This document shows, piece by piece, positions 28,341 to 37,962 of a DNA stretch of 64,000 bases. Numbering within the stretch: position 1 is the stretch's first letter; each line of letters opens with the position of its first letter. Source of the DNA: Capsulimonadaceae bacterium. GTDB lineage: Bacteria; Armatimonadota; Armatimonadia; Armatimonadales; Capsulimonadaceae. Made by a program: the position numbers and the translations under genes. A model generated the notes under the pieces. That model did no database searches. It was not told where the DNA came from and saw only the letters and a list, made by a program, of their open reading frames with translations. The stretch lies in NCBI GenBank assembly GCA_965215505.1, contig OZ244065.1, positions 5,472,001 to 5,536,000 of the forward strand. Reading direction: 5' to 3'.

Positions 28341-28709
28341 TCAGGCCGCCTTCCTTAGATCCGTCACGCCTTCAGACACCGGCACTGCGGCCCGCGCCCG
28401 ACGCCGGATACGGCCACGATACGCCAGGCCGTTCAGCAGGAGGAACCCCGCGGCCATGCCCCCCATCTGGAGCCGCTCCTCGCGGACGTACTTCGGGTCG
28501 CCCCAATGTTCCAGCAGCTCGTCGCCGTCGCCGTCATCGCCGGCCCCCGGCGGCAGGAAAGGCCGCGCCGCCGGTGCCAAGGGCGGGGCGGCCTGCGCGG
28601 CCTGATGCGGGGCCAAGATCGTCACGCTGCCCAGGGCCAGCAGGGCGCAGGGCAGGAGAAGCCAGGGCGCGGGGTCTTTCCGGGCTGAATTTACGGCAAT
28701 CATCTCCAT
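28341..28709 (-). CDS. Small exported/membrane protein (122 aa) with C-terminal TM and basic tail
   Basis: TGATG overlap with the permease stop; AAGGAG SD; two hydrophobic segments. Confidence 0.55.
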   Translation of the reverse strand: MEMIAVNSARKDPAPWLLLPCALLALGSVTILAPHQAAQAAPPLAPAARPFLPPGAGDDGDGDELLEHWGDPKYVREERLQMGGMAAGFLLLNGLAYRGRIRRRARAAVPVSEGVTDLRKAA

Positions 28710-29485
28710 CACAGCTCCTTCCGGGCGAACGACATTGAGGCCAGCGTCAGCAGGGCAGCCGTGTAACAGACTCCATAGGCCGCCGTCTGCCAGAGGTAGG
28801 CGCTCGGGACCGTCAGGTGATGCACCAGGGCGTCTTTGAAGTTGAAGGACTCCAGGTTGGGCAGCAAATGGTAGAGCGCCCCGATCATCAGGCGGTTGAA
28901 CCCATTCTGCGGGCGGGCCGTCAGCGAAGCATAAAGAGGGAACTTGACGTTGCCCAGCAGGCACAGCAGGACCGAGAGGAGCCAGGCCAGCGGCCAGGAA
29001 GTCAGGGTGGAGAGGCACAGCGCCAGGGCGGCCAGGATCGCCGTCTCCAGGAACAGGAACGGCAGGACGTAGAACAGCGCCGAGTCCAGACGGCCCATGT
29101 AGAAAACCTGGAGGAATGCGAACGTCGCCGCCATGACACCCATCCCGATGGCGACCGTCCCCATGGCCCCGGAGTATTTGCCGCAGACGAACTGCCAGCG
29201 CGCCACGGGCTTGGCGATGACCGGGTAGACCGTCTTCTGCTCCGTCTCGCCGGGGATGCCGGTCACTGCCAGCGTGATCGCGACGACCGCGCTGATGAGG
29301 AACACCGAGAAGAGGCACAGGTCGTTCAGCATCTTCATCTGGACGTGCCGGTCGAACTTCGCCAGAGTCGCCGAGCCGAAGATCAGGAAGATCGCGAACA
29401 GCATCAGGACGTGGAAGACCTGCTTGCGCGCGCCCTCCAGCATCGTGATCCGGCCGATGATGCCGATGTTGCGTAATGCCTGCAT
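28709..29485 (-). CDS. ABC-2 type permease (PilI-like)
   Basis: ETEQKTVYPVIAKPVARWQFVCGKY, LLPNLESFN, FARKEL. Confidence 0.85.
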   Translation of the reverse strand: MQALRNIGIIGRITMLEGARKQVFHVLMLFAIFLIFGSATLAKFDRHVQMKMLNDLCLFSVFLISAVVAITLAVTGIPGETEQKTVYPVIAKPVARWQFVCGKYSGAMGTVAIGMGVMAATFAFLQVFYMGRLDSALFYVLPFLFLETAILAALALCLSTLTSWPLAWLLSVLLCLLGNVKFPLYASLTARPQNGFNRLMIGALYHLLPNLESFNFKDALVHHLTVPSAYLWQTAAYGVCYTAALLTLASMSFARKEL

Positions 29486-29489
29486 GGTC

Positions 29490-30431
29490 TTACCCCCCCA
29501 CCAGACGCAGGAAGGCGTCTTCCAGCGTTTCGCGCTGCGGTGAGACGGCCACCAGACGCGCCCTCCGCTGTTCCAGCAGGCCCATGACGCGGTAGACCAG
29601 AGGCCCAGGCACCCGCAGGCACGCCCCCGTCTCGCCGGTCGCCTCCACCGTCCCGCCCCAGTCTTCCACCTGCGCCCTCAAGACGTCGTCGCGCTCCGCC
29701 TGCTCGATCTGGACCCGGACCTCGTCGCGCGCCCGCGTGATCTCCTGCGGCGTCCCGCAGGCCACCAGCCTGCCGCGCGCCATGACGCCAACCCGGTCGC
29801 AGACCGATTCCATCTCGGAGAGCAGGTGTGAGGAGAGGAAGATCGTCTTGCCCTCCCCTTTCAGCGTGGTCAGCAGCGCGCGCAGCTCTTTGCGCCCGAC
29901 CGGGTCCAGGCCGGACGACGGCTCATCCAGGATCAGCAGGTCCGGGTCGCCCACCAGGGCCGTCGCCAGGCCGACCCGCTGGGTCATGCCTTTGGAACAC
30001 TTGGCGAGGACCATGTGCCGGTTCTCCCACATCCCCACCTGCCGCAGACACGCCTCGACGCGCGCCCGCGCCCGCCCGCCGGTCAGCCCGGAAAGCCCGG
30101 CGTGGGCGCGCGTGACTTCGAGCGCCGTCAGGAACTTGGGGAAGTAGGGCTGCTCGGGCAGATAGCCGACGCGGCCTCGCGCGCCGTCGTCGCCCACGGG
30201 CCTGCCGAAGAGCCAGGCGTCGCCGATCGTGGGCGGGATGAAGCCGAGCAGCATCTTGATCGTCGTCGTCTTGCCGGCCCCGTTCGGGCCGAGGAAGCCG
30301 AAGAGCGCGCCCTGTGGCACGCCGAGGGTCAGGCCGCTCACGGCGACCCGCTTCTCTTTCTGACGCGGGACGGGGTACTGCTTGGTGAAATTCTCAATTC
30401 GGATTGCGGCGTCAGTGTTTCGGTCGGGCAT
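29490..30431 (-). CDS. ABC transporter ATP-binding protein (PilH-like)
   Basis: GPNGAGKTT, SKGMTQR, LDEPSSGLDP, SSH. Confidence 0.93.
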   Translation of the reverse strand: MPDRNTDAAIRIENFTKQYPVPRQKEKRVAVSGLTLGVPQGALFGFLGPNGAGKTTTIKMLLGFIPPTIGDAWLFGRPVGDDGARGRVGYLPEQPYFPKFLTALEVTRAHAGLSGLTGGRARARVEACLRQVGMWENRHMVLAKCSKGMTQRVGLATALVGDPDLLILDEPSSGLDPVGRKELRALLTTLKGEGKTIFLSSHLLSEMESVCDRVGVMARGRLVACGTPQEITRARDEVRVQIEQAERDDVLRAQVEDWGGTVEATGETGACLRVPGPLVYRVMGLLEQRRARLVAVSPQRETLEDAFLRLVGG

Positions 30432-30514
30432 CGTGTCGTTCCCCTTCGTGGGCGGAATCTTTCCCTCTCACCATCGGCATTCCGCCCGGCTTTCTTTAGG
30501 GTACAATAGGTTCC

Positions 30515-30847
30515 ATGAGCCTCCCGTCCACTTGCCGAAACCTCTCCGTCGCCGAAGTCCGGGCGAAGCTGGAACGCGGCGTTCCCGTCCGCCTCGTGGA
30601 CGTCCGCCAGGGCTGGGAGCATGCCCGCTATCACCTGCCCGGCGCACTCCTGCTGCCCACGGACGAGTTCGCCGCCCGGTTTGCGGCCGAGCTGGACCCC
30701 GCCGACGAGATCATCTGCGTCTGCGAACACGGCGTCCGCAGCGCCGCCGCCGGCCGCTTCCTGGCGGCCCAGGGCTATGCGAACGTCGCCACCATGACCG
30801 GCGGCATGGCCGAGTACGACGGACCCGTCGAGACAGGAACAGAGTGA
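30515..30847 (+). CDS. Rhodanese-like sulfurtransferase
   Basis: VDVRQGWE, HLPGA, CEHGVRS, GGM. Confidence 0.9.
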   Translation: MSLPSTCRNLSVAEVRAKLERGVPVRLVDVRQGWEHARYHLPGALLLPTDEFAARFAAELDPADEIICVCEHGVRSAAAGRFLAAQGYANVATMTGGMAEYDGPVETGTE

Positions 30848-30852
30848 CGACG

Positions 30853-31209
30853 ATGAAGATGCTGACCAAAGAAGAAGCCGCCGCCGAGATCGCCGACTAT
30901 GACTACCGGATCGATGAAGGGCTTCGCGCCGTCTACCGGATCATGGCGGATAATGAAGACGACCCGGAGGAGCCGCTGAGGCTGCTGAAAGTCAACACCG
31001 ACACACCGGAAACCGGCATCCTGCCGCTGCATTTTCCGCCCGATACGGCGAACGGCATCCCCTTTGCCTACGAGCTGGTGGTCATCACCCCGCGAGAGTT
31101 CGACCGGCTCCGGTCCGCAGACCTCCGCCTCCCGGATGACTGGCGGCTTGGCCCTCCGATTCATCCTTCGGCCCATCACCCCGGCGACCTACTTGAGACT
31201 GCCGCATGA
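30853..31209 (+). CDS. Hypothetical protein, possible degenerate MNT-like HEPN partner
   Basis: 118 aa; ...ELVVITPREF... resembles the MNT C-terminal strand; ATGA-coupled to the next gene. Confidence 0.65.
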   Translation: MKMLTKEEAAAEIADYDYRIDEGLRAVYRIMADNEDDPEEPLRLLKVNTDTPETGILPLHFPPDTANGIPFAYELVVITPREFDRLRSADLRLPDDWRLGPPIHPSAHHPGDLLETAA

Positions 31210-31709
31210 GTACCCCCCTGATCTGGCAGCACGCTTATGCGCGCCAAGCCAAGGCGGACTGGGCTGCCTATGAAGTCCTGCTTGCCGCCCCCCATCTGCC
31301 TCAGTGCCAATCGCTGCACTTCCTTCAAATGACGTGTGAGAAGCTCTGCAAGGCTTACCTGTGCAGCCACAAAGTCGAGCCGCGGTTTTTGCAGACGAGC
31401 CACGGCTTCATCGCGGGCAACCTGCCGGAGATCTTCAAGGACCAACGGCGGCGTTCAAAGCTCCGCCCCCTGAACCCGCGTTCAACGCTGGTGAGGCAGG
31501 TCAACAACCTCTCACGCGAGATCGAGCTGCTGGCCCCCACCGTTGACAGCGTCCGCCGCCCCGACAACTGCGAGTACCCGTGGGAGGACGGCGCGGGCGG
31601 AGTCGTCGCGCCCGCCGAGCATCCCTTCGCCACGCTCTCGCTGCTTTCGGAGGCGGCGGGTCAGGAACTCCTCGGCATCGTCCCGTTTGCCATCGACGAA
31701 CTGCTCTGA
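31206..31709 (+). CDS. HEPN-like protein
   Basis: QAKADW, HFLQMTCEKLCKAYL, SH, EYPW. Confidence 0.7.
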   Translation: MSTPLIWQHAYARQAKADWAAYEVLLAAPHLPQCQSLHFLQMTCEKLCKAYLCSHKVEPRFLQTSHGFIAGNLPEIFKDQRRRSKLRPLNPRSTLVRQVNNLSREIELLAPTVDSVRRPDNCEYPWEDGAGGVVAPAEHPFATLSLLSEAAGQELLGIVPFAIDELL

Positions 31710-31743
31710 ACATAAGCCACCCTTAACGGAAAAGAAACCTTTC

Positions 31744-32937
31744 ATGCCCTCCCAACCGCTGCGCGAACTCGAAACCGTCCGCACCCCTGAAGCGCTGGCC
31801 GTTCTCTGCCGACAACTGAAAGAAGCGGGCCGCTTCGCGCTGGACACGGAGTTCGTCGGCGAGCGGACATACCTGCCGCGCCTCTGTCTGGTGCAGGTGG
31901 CGACGACCGAGTTCATCGGCCTCGTGGATACGCTGGCGGTGGGCGGGATGGACCCGCTCTGGGACCTGGTGGCCGACCCCGGCGTCGGGAAGGTCCTGCA
32001 CGCGGCCCGCGAGGACCTGCGGCTGGCCTACTTCGGGGGCGGGAAGAGGCTGCCGCTCGGCGTGTTCGACACGCAGATCGCGGCGGGGCTGATCGGCCTG
32101 CCCTCCTACCCGCTCTCCTATGCCCGGCTGGTCGAGGCGCTGATGGGGGTGAAGCTGAACAAGGCCGAGACGCGGAGCGAGTGGGACCGACGCCCGCTCT
32201 CCCCCGCCCAGCTCGAATACGCCCGCGACGATGTCCGCTACCTGCTGCCGGTCCAGGACAAGCTGAACCGGCTGCTGGAGCGGCTGGACCGGGGACAATG
32301 GCTGGGCGAAGAGATGGGGCGCTTCTCCGAGGCCCGCACCTATGAAGTCGCTCCCGCCGAGGCTTACCTCCGCCTCCGCAACGCGCGCGGGTTTTCGGCC
32401 CGGCCCACGGCCCTCCTGCGGGCGGTCGCCGAGTGGCGGGAATACGAGGCGGCGGCCCGCGACATTCCCGTCCGCAGCCTGCTGCGCGACGAGGTGGTGA
32501 TCGAGCTGGCCCAGCGGCCCCCGCGCCGCCTGACCGACTTCAAGCGCGTGCGCGGCTTCCCCGAGGCCGACGAGATCAGCCTCGGCCCGCCCATCCTGGA
32601 CGCACTCAACGCGGCACGCTCCTTGCCGGAAGATCAGCTCCCGCCCCCCCTCGCCTCGGGAGGGCCGGAGGAGACGCCGCGCGAGCGCGTACTGGGCGAT
32701 CTGCTGTACGCCGTCGGCGAGGCGCTCTGCCTGGAGCGGGACCTCGCCCCCGAGCTGGTGGTGACGAAGGCCGATGCCCTCGCCCTGGCGCGGGGCCAGG
32801 CGGGCGGGGCACTGCGGACCGGCTGGCGGGCGCGCGCCGTCGGGGACGACCTGGGCCGCATCGCCGCCGGCACGGCCTCCGCCCGCCTGCGTGTGACGCC
32901 GGAAGCCATCGGGGTGGAACTTTTTGAGATTTTATGA
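31744..32937 (+). CDS. rnd: Ribonuclease D
   Basis: ALDTEF, KVLHAAREDL, FDTQIAA, QLEYARDDV, HRDC domain. Confidence 0.93.
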   Translation: MPSQPLRELETVRTPEALAVLCRQLKEAGRFALDTEFVGERTYLPRLCLVQVATTEFIGLVDTLAVGGMDPLWDLVADPGVGKVLHAAREDLRLAYFGGGKRLPLGVFDTQIAAGLIGLPSYPLSYARLVEALMGVKLNKAETRSEWDRRPLSPAQLEYARDDVRYLLPVQDKLNRLLERLDRGQWLGEEMGRFSEARTYEVAPAEAYLRLRNARGFSARPTALLRAVAEWREYEAAARDIPVRSLLRDEVVIELAQRPPRRLTDFKRVRGFPEADEISLGPPILDALNAARSLPEDQLPPPLASGGPEETPRERVLGDLLYAVGEALCLERDLAPELVVTKADALALARGQAGGALRTGWRARAVGDDLGRIAAGTASARLRVTPEAIGVELFEIL

Positions 32938-33030
32938 TGTCACTGTAAGAAATCTGACGGTTAAAATGCGCGTATGCGGGTATAATCCGCCTGCTGCGCT
33001 CTGTGTGAGCGACCTACCCTTCAATTGACC

Positions 33031-33432
33031 ATGGATGACGAGACAATGGAAATATACGCGGGGATCGGCCATGACCAGCCCTTCTTCGCACTCGTCGAGG
33101 CGTTCTATCAAGGTGTTGATGCAGACCCCCTCCTGCGTCCTCTCTACCCGAATGACCTGACACACGCCAAACTGCACCTCGCCTGGTTCCTGATCCAGCG
33201 ATTCGGCGGCCCGCTGCGCTATCAGGAAGAGCGCGGCCACCCCCGTCTGCGGATGCGCCATCTACCCTTCCAGATCGGACGCGCCGAGAGTGAGGCCTGG
33301 CTGCTCCACATGAACGCTGCCCTGGAGGCGGTCCCGGAGTTCGCCCCATTCCAGGATGTTTTGCGCCGCTACTTTTCGGAGTCCGCCGCCTTCCTCATCA
33401 ACCACGCAGAAGTCCCAGCCATCGCCGCCTGA
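33031..33432 (+). CDS. glbO: Group II truncated hemoglobin
   Basis: FYQGV, FGGPLRYQEERGHPRLRMRHLPF. Confidence 0.9.
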   Translation: MDDETMEIYAGIGHDQPFFALVEAFYQGVDADPLLRPLYPNDLTHAKLHLAWFLIQRFGGPLRYQEERGHPRLRMRHLPFQIGRAESEAWLLHMNAALEAVPEFAPFQDVLRRYFSESAAFLINHAEVPAIAA

Positions 33433-33482
33433 GCGTAGCGCGATGCTTGTAAAAACACTGCTTCCTTACCGCTGCGTCGAAG

Positions 33483-33499
33483 TTGGCATACTTTGTGCA
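33483..33499 (+). promoter_or_regulatory. Candidate sigma54 -24/-12 promoter for the PEP-CTERM gene
   Basis: TTGGCATACTTTGTGCA: GG and GC separated by exactly 10 nt. Confidence 0.55.
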
Positions 33500-33543
33500 T
33501 TAATCCATAACTGTCTGGAAACGTCAGACAAGGAAGTAAAACC

Positions 33544-34659
33544 ATGCATCGTCATCATGCACTCCTGTATTCGCTCGTGATCCTGGGTGGTCTGCCCGCC
33601 GCCGCGCTGGCCGGGCCTTACTCGGCCGTCCTGCCGCCCGACTCGTTCATCAACCAGCACGTCGCCTCCATGCCCCAGATGAGCCAGCAGGTCACCCTCG
33701 ACCCCGTCGTCCGGCGGCGGTTGGCCCGCCATTTCCACACCTCCGGGCCGGCCATCGTGCGGTACATCCAGAACAACCTTATCCTGAAAAAGACCATGAC
33801 TGCCGGGCGCTACAAGGTCTACTGCATCTCGCGGACCGGGCGTGAATACATCATCGACTCTCGCCTGCCGGCTGGGACGCCCGTTTTCGTCATGCGGAAG
33901 ACCGGCAAGCCCATCCTGAAACTGGCCTGCGGCAATCCGATGGTTGCCTCACTGCCCCCCGTCATCACGAAGACCAGCCCCTATACCTCGCCGACGCTGG
34001 CGAGCCTGCCCGCGCCAGCCCCCGTCCCCGTCGCGCCCGGCCTCGCTCCCAATGGCCCCGTGATGGTGGCGATGAACTCCGGGCCTGGCGTAGTCATCAC
34101 GCCCGCGCCGGTCACGCAGGTCGGCGGCCTGCTCCAGAGCCTGCCGGTCCACGGCGGCAGTTTCCCGATCGGCCTCCTGGCCGGCATCCCGATCATCGCC
34201 GGGCTTGCCAGCCACGGCGGCGGCAACTCCCCTGGCACGGGAACCGGGACGGGCACGGGCAACACAGGCACGACGGGCAACACAGGCACGACGGGCAACA
34301 CAGGCACGACGGGCAACACAGGCACGACGGGCAACACAGGCACGACGGGCAACACAGGCACGACGGGCAACACAGGCACGACGGGCACGACCGGCACGAC
34401 GGGCACGACCGGCACGACGGGCACGACCGGCACCACGGGCACGACCGGCACCACGGGCACGACCGGCACCACGGGCACGACCGGCACCACGGGCACGACC
34501 GGCACCACGGGCACTGGAACAAACACAGGAACTGTTACACCAGTCCCCGAACCCAGTACCCCCGCCGCGTTCAGCGTAGGGGCTGCCGTCCTTGGCTACC
34601 TTCTGCTGGCGCGCGGCGCTGCCGCCCGACGGTACAGCCGGAAAAAGGCAAAGAACTAG
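33544..34659 (+). CDS. PEP-CTERM sorted surface protein with Gly-X-Thr repeat stalk
   Basis: Signal peptide; KLACGNP domain; VPEPST followed by TM helix and basic tail. Confidence 0.9.
   Translation: MHRHHALLYSLVILGGLPAAALAGPYSAVLPPDSFINQHVASMPQMSQQVTLDPVVRRRLARHFHTSGPAIVRYIQNNLILKKTMTAGRYKVYCISRTGREYIIDSRLPAGTPVFVMRKTGKPILKLACGNPMVASLPPVITKTSPYTSPTLASLPAPAPVPVAPGLAPNGPVMVAMNSGPGVVITPAPVTQVGGLLQSLPVHGGSFPIGLLAGIPIIAGLASHGGGNSPGTGTGTGTGNTGTTGNTGTTGNTGTTGNTGTTGNTGTTGNTGTTGNTGTTGTTGTTGTTGTTGTTGTTGTTGTTGTTGTTGTTGTTGTTGTTGTGTNTGTVTPVPEPSTPAAFSVGAAVLGYLLLARGAAARRYSRKKAKN
34255..34506 (+). repeat. Coding VNTR, 14 x 18 bp
   Basis: acgggcaacacaggcacg x7 (34255-34380), then acgggcacgaccggcac(g/c) x7 (34381-34506). 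Confidence 0.95.
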
Positions 34660-35396
34660 AGTGGGAGCGTTTCTTGTGGGGGAGCAGGCGCGGCGGTCAC
34701 AAGACCGGCCGCGCCCGATTTTTTGTAGGCGGTGATCAGGTTGTGGGCCTGCCGGGTCGGCTCAGGCAGGCGGTAGCCGCGCACACAGTCCAGCACGAGC
34801 CGGGTGGCTGACTCGACACTGACCCGATGGCCGGGCGAAAGGAACAGGGGGTTGGTGCGCTGCTTGGTGCGCGTGACCGAGCCGATGACGTGCTTCCCCG
34901 CCCGGTCCAGCAGCGGGACGCTGACATCGGCCGCGTCCCCCAAAGCGTCAGCATCGTACTTCCCGTACAGGAAGCTCTTGGCGACGCCGATGCTCGGGAC
35001 GCCGAGCAGGATGCCGAGATGGCAGGCGATCCCGAACCCGCGCGGGTGCGCCAGCCCCTGCCCGTCCGTCATCAGCAGGTCGGGGACGGTCTTCACCTGC
35101 GCGAACGCCTCCAGCGCGACCGGAGACTCGCGGAACGAGAGCAGGCCGGGGATGTAAGGCATCTTGAGCGCCGCCGTCGCGTAGCGCGTCTCAATGACCT
35201 GGAGGTCGGGGTAGGAGAGGACGACGACCACCGCATGACCCCGGTTGCCCTCGATATCGAACGAGAGGTCCAGCCCTGCTACGGTCTTGATCTCCCCGAA
35301 ACCGTCCTCCAGGGAGACCAGGCCGCGCATCGCCGTCTGCTGCGCCCGCGCCTCCTCCGCCGTCATGTCCCACGAGTGCAGCTCTTGATACTCCAT
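34656..35396 (-). CDS. nfi: Endonuclease V
   Basis: [42 protein letters not shown]. Confidence 0.95.
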   Translation of the reverse strand: MEYQELHSWDMTAEEARAQQTAMRGLVSLEDGFGEIKTVAGLDLSFDIEGNRGHAVVVVLSYPDLQVIETRYATAALKMPYIPGLLSFRESPVALEAFAQVKTVPDLLMTDGQGLAHPRGFGIACHLGILLGVPSIGVAKSFLYGKYDADALGDAADVSVPLLDRAGKHVIGSVTRTKQRTNPLFLSPGHRVSVESATRLVLDCVRGYRLPEPTRQAHNLITAYKKSGAAGLVTAAPAPPQETLPL

Positions 35397-35413
35397 GGTG
35401 TCCTCGACGCTCC

Positions 35414-35770
35414 CTAGCGGCTGGCAAGCGTTTCCAGTAGAGTGTCCAGAGCTTTATCCACGTCAAGCGCCATCCGCCGCGCTCGTGCATAAAGATTAGC
35501 CACCATGTGGCGCGTCTCAAGCGGCAGGTCGTTTGAGTCAGCCCATCGATCGTCTGTGTCAACACTCTCGACCACGTCCCCGTCTTTGTCGTAGATAGAT
35601 ACCTCGTAAATGGCATCATCTAGACCGTATTTTGAGGAGATACGGATAGCATAAGTGGGAAAAGAAGCCTGGAAAATCGCTTTGTCAGCCGTCTTCTCCC
35701 ACACTACTCTCCCACTGATTGTTTGCTCATGAAGCCTCTTGATCAGCTCGTTCATGCGGTCGTCTGTCAT
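35414..35770 (-). CDS. Hypothetical protein (lower GC)
   Basis: 118-aa ORF with GGAG SD, ATGA-coupled to the upstream damaged gene. Confidence 0.7.
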   Translation of the reverse strand: MTDDRMNELIKRLHEQTISGRVVWEKTADKAIFQASFPTYAIRISSKYGLDDAIYEVSIYDKDGDVVESVDTDDRWADSNDLPLETRHMVANLYARARRMALDVDKALDTLLETLASR

Positions 35771-36247
35771 GGCGATTCTCCAATGCGCTTTCTGATCTCC
35801 ATCAAAACCGTGATCATCTTGTCAAGCTGTTCCGCGACGACCCGGTTATAGTTGGGGGCGTTTCGGGGTGTGGTGTTCTTTGCGACCGCGCGCTCGACTT
35901 CGTTCTCAATCGCACTTAATTGTACCATTGTTGCTTGTAGTATGCTTCTCTGCGCGTCGTTTAGGTGGGATAGCGGTCTACCACAACCGACTAAGCGCCT
36001 GCTCGATGTAGTCGTTTGATTTCCTCCATCAGAGAAGTCGCCGCCGTCAACTCGGCGACAGTATCAACCAGCCCAAGTGTCTCTCGCAGACGGGCCACCG
36101 CGTTCTTCGCGTCGGTCGCCTCTGTTTTAGCCTTCTTCGCTGTTTGGTATGTGACCCATAGGCCCCACAGTGCTAATGGGATGCCGATAACGCTGCTGTA
36201 ATCCCAAGATGGTAATGGGCGATGAACGTCGCGATTGGGTCTATCAT
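35767..36247 (-). pseudogene. Disrupted membrane-anchored coiled-coil protein gene
   Basis: A continuous protein-like sequence is recovered only by crossing a frameshift near 36204, an in-frame TAG at 35993-35991 and a second frame change near 35968. Confidence 0.65.
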
Positions 36248-36293
36248 CGCAACATGGCCCGGTGCCGAAGAATAGCCTCAGAGTTGTTGTATG

Positions 36294-37298
36294 TCATACC
36301 AGCCGCTCCGAGGCCAGCGTGTCTAGATCCAGCCCGTCCACCTTGCCCGCGATCAGGTGATAATGGCCCGCACAGGCGATCATGGCCGCGTTGTCCGTAC
36401 ACAGGCGGAGCGGGGGCACTGTCAGGCGCAGCCCCTCCCCCGCGCAGGCGTCCCGCATGGCCTCCTGCAAACGTGAGTTCGCCGCGACGCCCCCCGCCAG
36501 CAGGACGTGGCCGACGCCGTGACGCCGGGCGGCCCGAAGGGTCTTGGAGACCAGGACGTCCACGATGGCCTCCTGCACCGAGGCGGCCCAGTCCGGCGGC
36601 GACACCGATGCCAGGGCGGGGTCACGGCGCGCATTCAGCACGGCCGTTTTCAGGCCGCTGAAGGAGAAGTCCAGCGACTCGGGGCCGAGCTGCGCGCGCG
36701 GCAAAGGCACGGCTTTGGGGTCGCCGTGTTCCGAGCGCGCCAGCCTGTCAATCGTGACGCCGCCCGGATAGGGCATCCCCAGCAGGCGCGCGGACTTGTC
36801 GAACGCCTCACCCGCCGCGTCGTCGCGCGTCCGTCCCAGAATCTCGTAGTCGCCGTGCCCTTTGACCAGGAAGATCTCGCTGTGGCCGCCGGACGCCACG
36901 AGGCAGATCACGGGGAAGGCGATGTCCGGCTCGACCAGCCAGTTGGCGTAGATGTGCGCCTCGATGTGGTGGACGCCGAGCAGGGGGATGTGCAGGGCGT
37001 AGGCCAGGGCCTTGGCCGCCGAGACGCCCACCAGCAAAGCCCCCAGCAGGCCGGGGCGGTTCGCGACGGCGATGCCGGCCAGGTCGCCGAAGCCCACCCC
37101 GGCCCCGCTCAAGGCCTCGGCGATGACCGCGTTGATCTGCGTGACGTGCTGCCGCGACGCGACTTCAGGGACGACGCCGCCGGTCTTGGCGTGCAGGTCT
37201 ATCTGCGAGGCGATGACATTGGAAAGCAGCGCGCGCCCGTCCCGGAGTACCGCCGCCGAAGTCTCGTCGCAGGATGTCTCGATGCCTAGTATGTTCAC
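36294..37298 (-). CDS. tsaD: tRNA N6-threonylcarbamoyltransferase
   Basis: ILGIETSCDETS, GGVVPEVASRQH, HHIEAH, SGGH, DDAAGEAFDK, CTDNAAMI; GTG start. Confidence 0.96.
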   Translation of the reverse strand: MNILGIETSCDETSAAVLRDGRALLSNVIASQIDLHAKTGGVVPEVASRQHVTQINAVIAEALSGAGVGFGDLAGIAVANRPGLLGALLVGVSAAKALAYALHIPLLGVHHIEAHIYANWLVEPDIAFPVICLVASGGHSEIFLVKGHGDYEILGRTRDDAAGEAFDKSARLLGMPYPGGVTIDRLARSEHGDPKAVPLPRAQLGPESLDFSFSGLKTAVLNARRDPALASVSPPDWAASVQEAIVDVLVSKTLRAARRHGVGHVLLAGGVAANSRLQEAMRDACAGEGLRLTVPPLRLCTDNAAMIACAGHYHLIAGKVDGLDLDTLASERLV

Positions 37299-37357
37299 CC
37301 CATAATGATACCCGCTGCGCGGCGGTTCTTTATCCCCGTGCTTCTTTGCCCCGGCCC

Positions 37358-37387
37358 TTGACATCCGCCCGGCCGGGGGTGTATCCT
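37358..37387 (+). promoter_or_regulatory. sigma70-type promoter for the trkA pair
   Basis: TTGACA-N18-TATCCT. Confidence 0.65.
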
Positions 37388-37421
37388 GTACGGGTGCGCT
37401 TCGGCGCGGGAGGGTTTTCGC

Positions 37422-37931
37422 ATGCTGTCCGAAACCGCGGGTTCGCCGCAGAGTGGTGCCGCGCAAAAGATCGTGATTCTCGGCTGCGGGCGCGTCGGCT
37501 CCACGCTCGCCAAGCAGATGTCCGGCGAGGGGCACGACGTCACCGTGCTGGACCAGACCAGCGACTCGTTCCGGCGGCTGGGCACCAAATTCCGAGGGCA
37601 GCGGCTCGTCGGCTCCGGGCTGGACCAGGACCTGCTCCGGCGGGCCGGGCTGGGCCAGGCCGCCGCGTTCATCGCCGTGACCCAGGGCGACAACACCAAC
37701 ATCATGGCCGCCCAGATCGCCCGCGAGGTCTTCAGCGTCGCCAAGGTCGTCGCCCGCATCTACGACCCGATCCGGGCACAGGCATACCGCGAGATGGGCA
37801 TCACGACCCTGTGTACGACCACGCTGGCCGCCGGGCTGATCCACGACGCCGCCGTGGGCGGGGGGGGCGACGGCCGCTTGCAGGAGGCCGCCCTGGGCTA
37901 CGACAAGCTGTACCTGGACCTGCGCGGCTGA
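37422..37931 (+). CDS. trkA: TrkA-N family K+ uptake protein
   Basis: ILGCGRVG, TQGDNTNI, ARIYDP. Confidence 0.88.
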   Translation: MLSETAGSPQSGAAQKIVILGCGRVGSTLAKQMSGEGHDVTVLDQTSDSFRRLGTKFRGQRLVGSGLDQDLLRRAGLGQAAAFIAVTQGDNTNIMAAQIAREVFSVAKVVARIYDPIRAQAYREMGITTLCTTTLAAGLIHDAAVGGGGDGRLQEAALGYDKLYLDLRG

Positions 37932-37962
37932 CGGCGACGAAGGAATTCCCAAAGGTTATCTT

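Noticed and set aside
33981-34579. (VPV)n, (CPWCRS)n and (RATQAR)n repeat ORFs
   Set aside because: Alternative frames of the PEP-CTERM VNTR.
37299-37952. N-terminal extension of the tsaD ORF (apparent fusion)
   Set aside because: Antisense to trkA; TsaD homology begins at GTG 37298.
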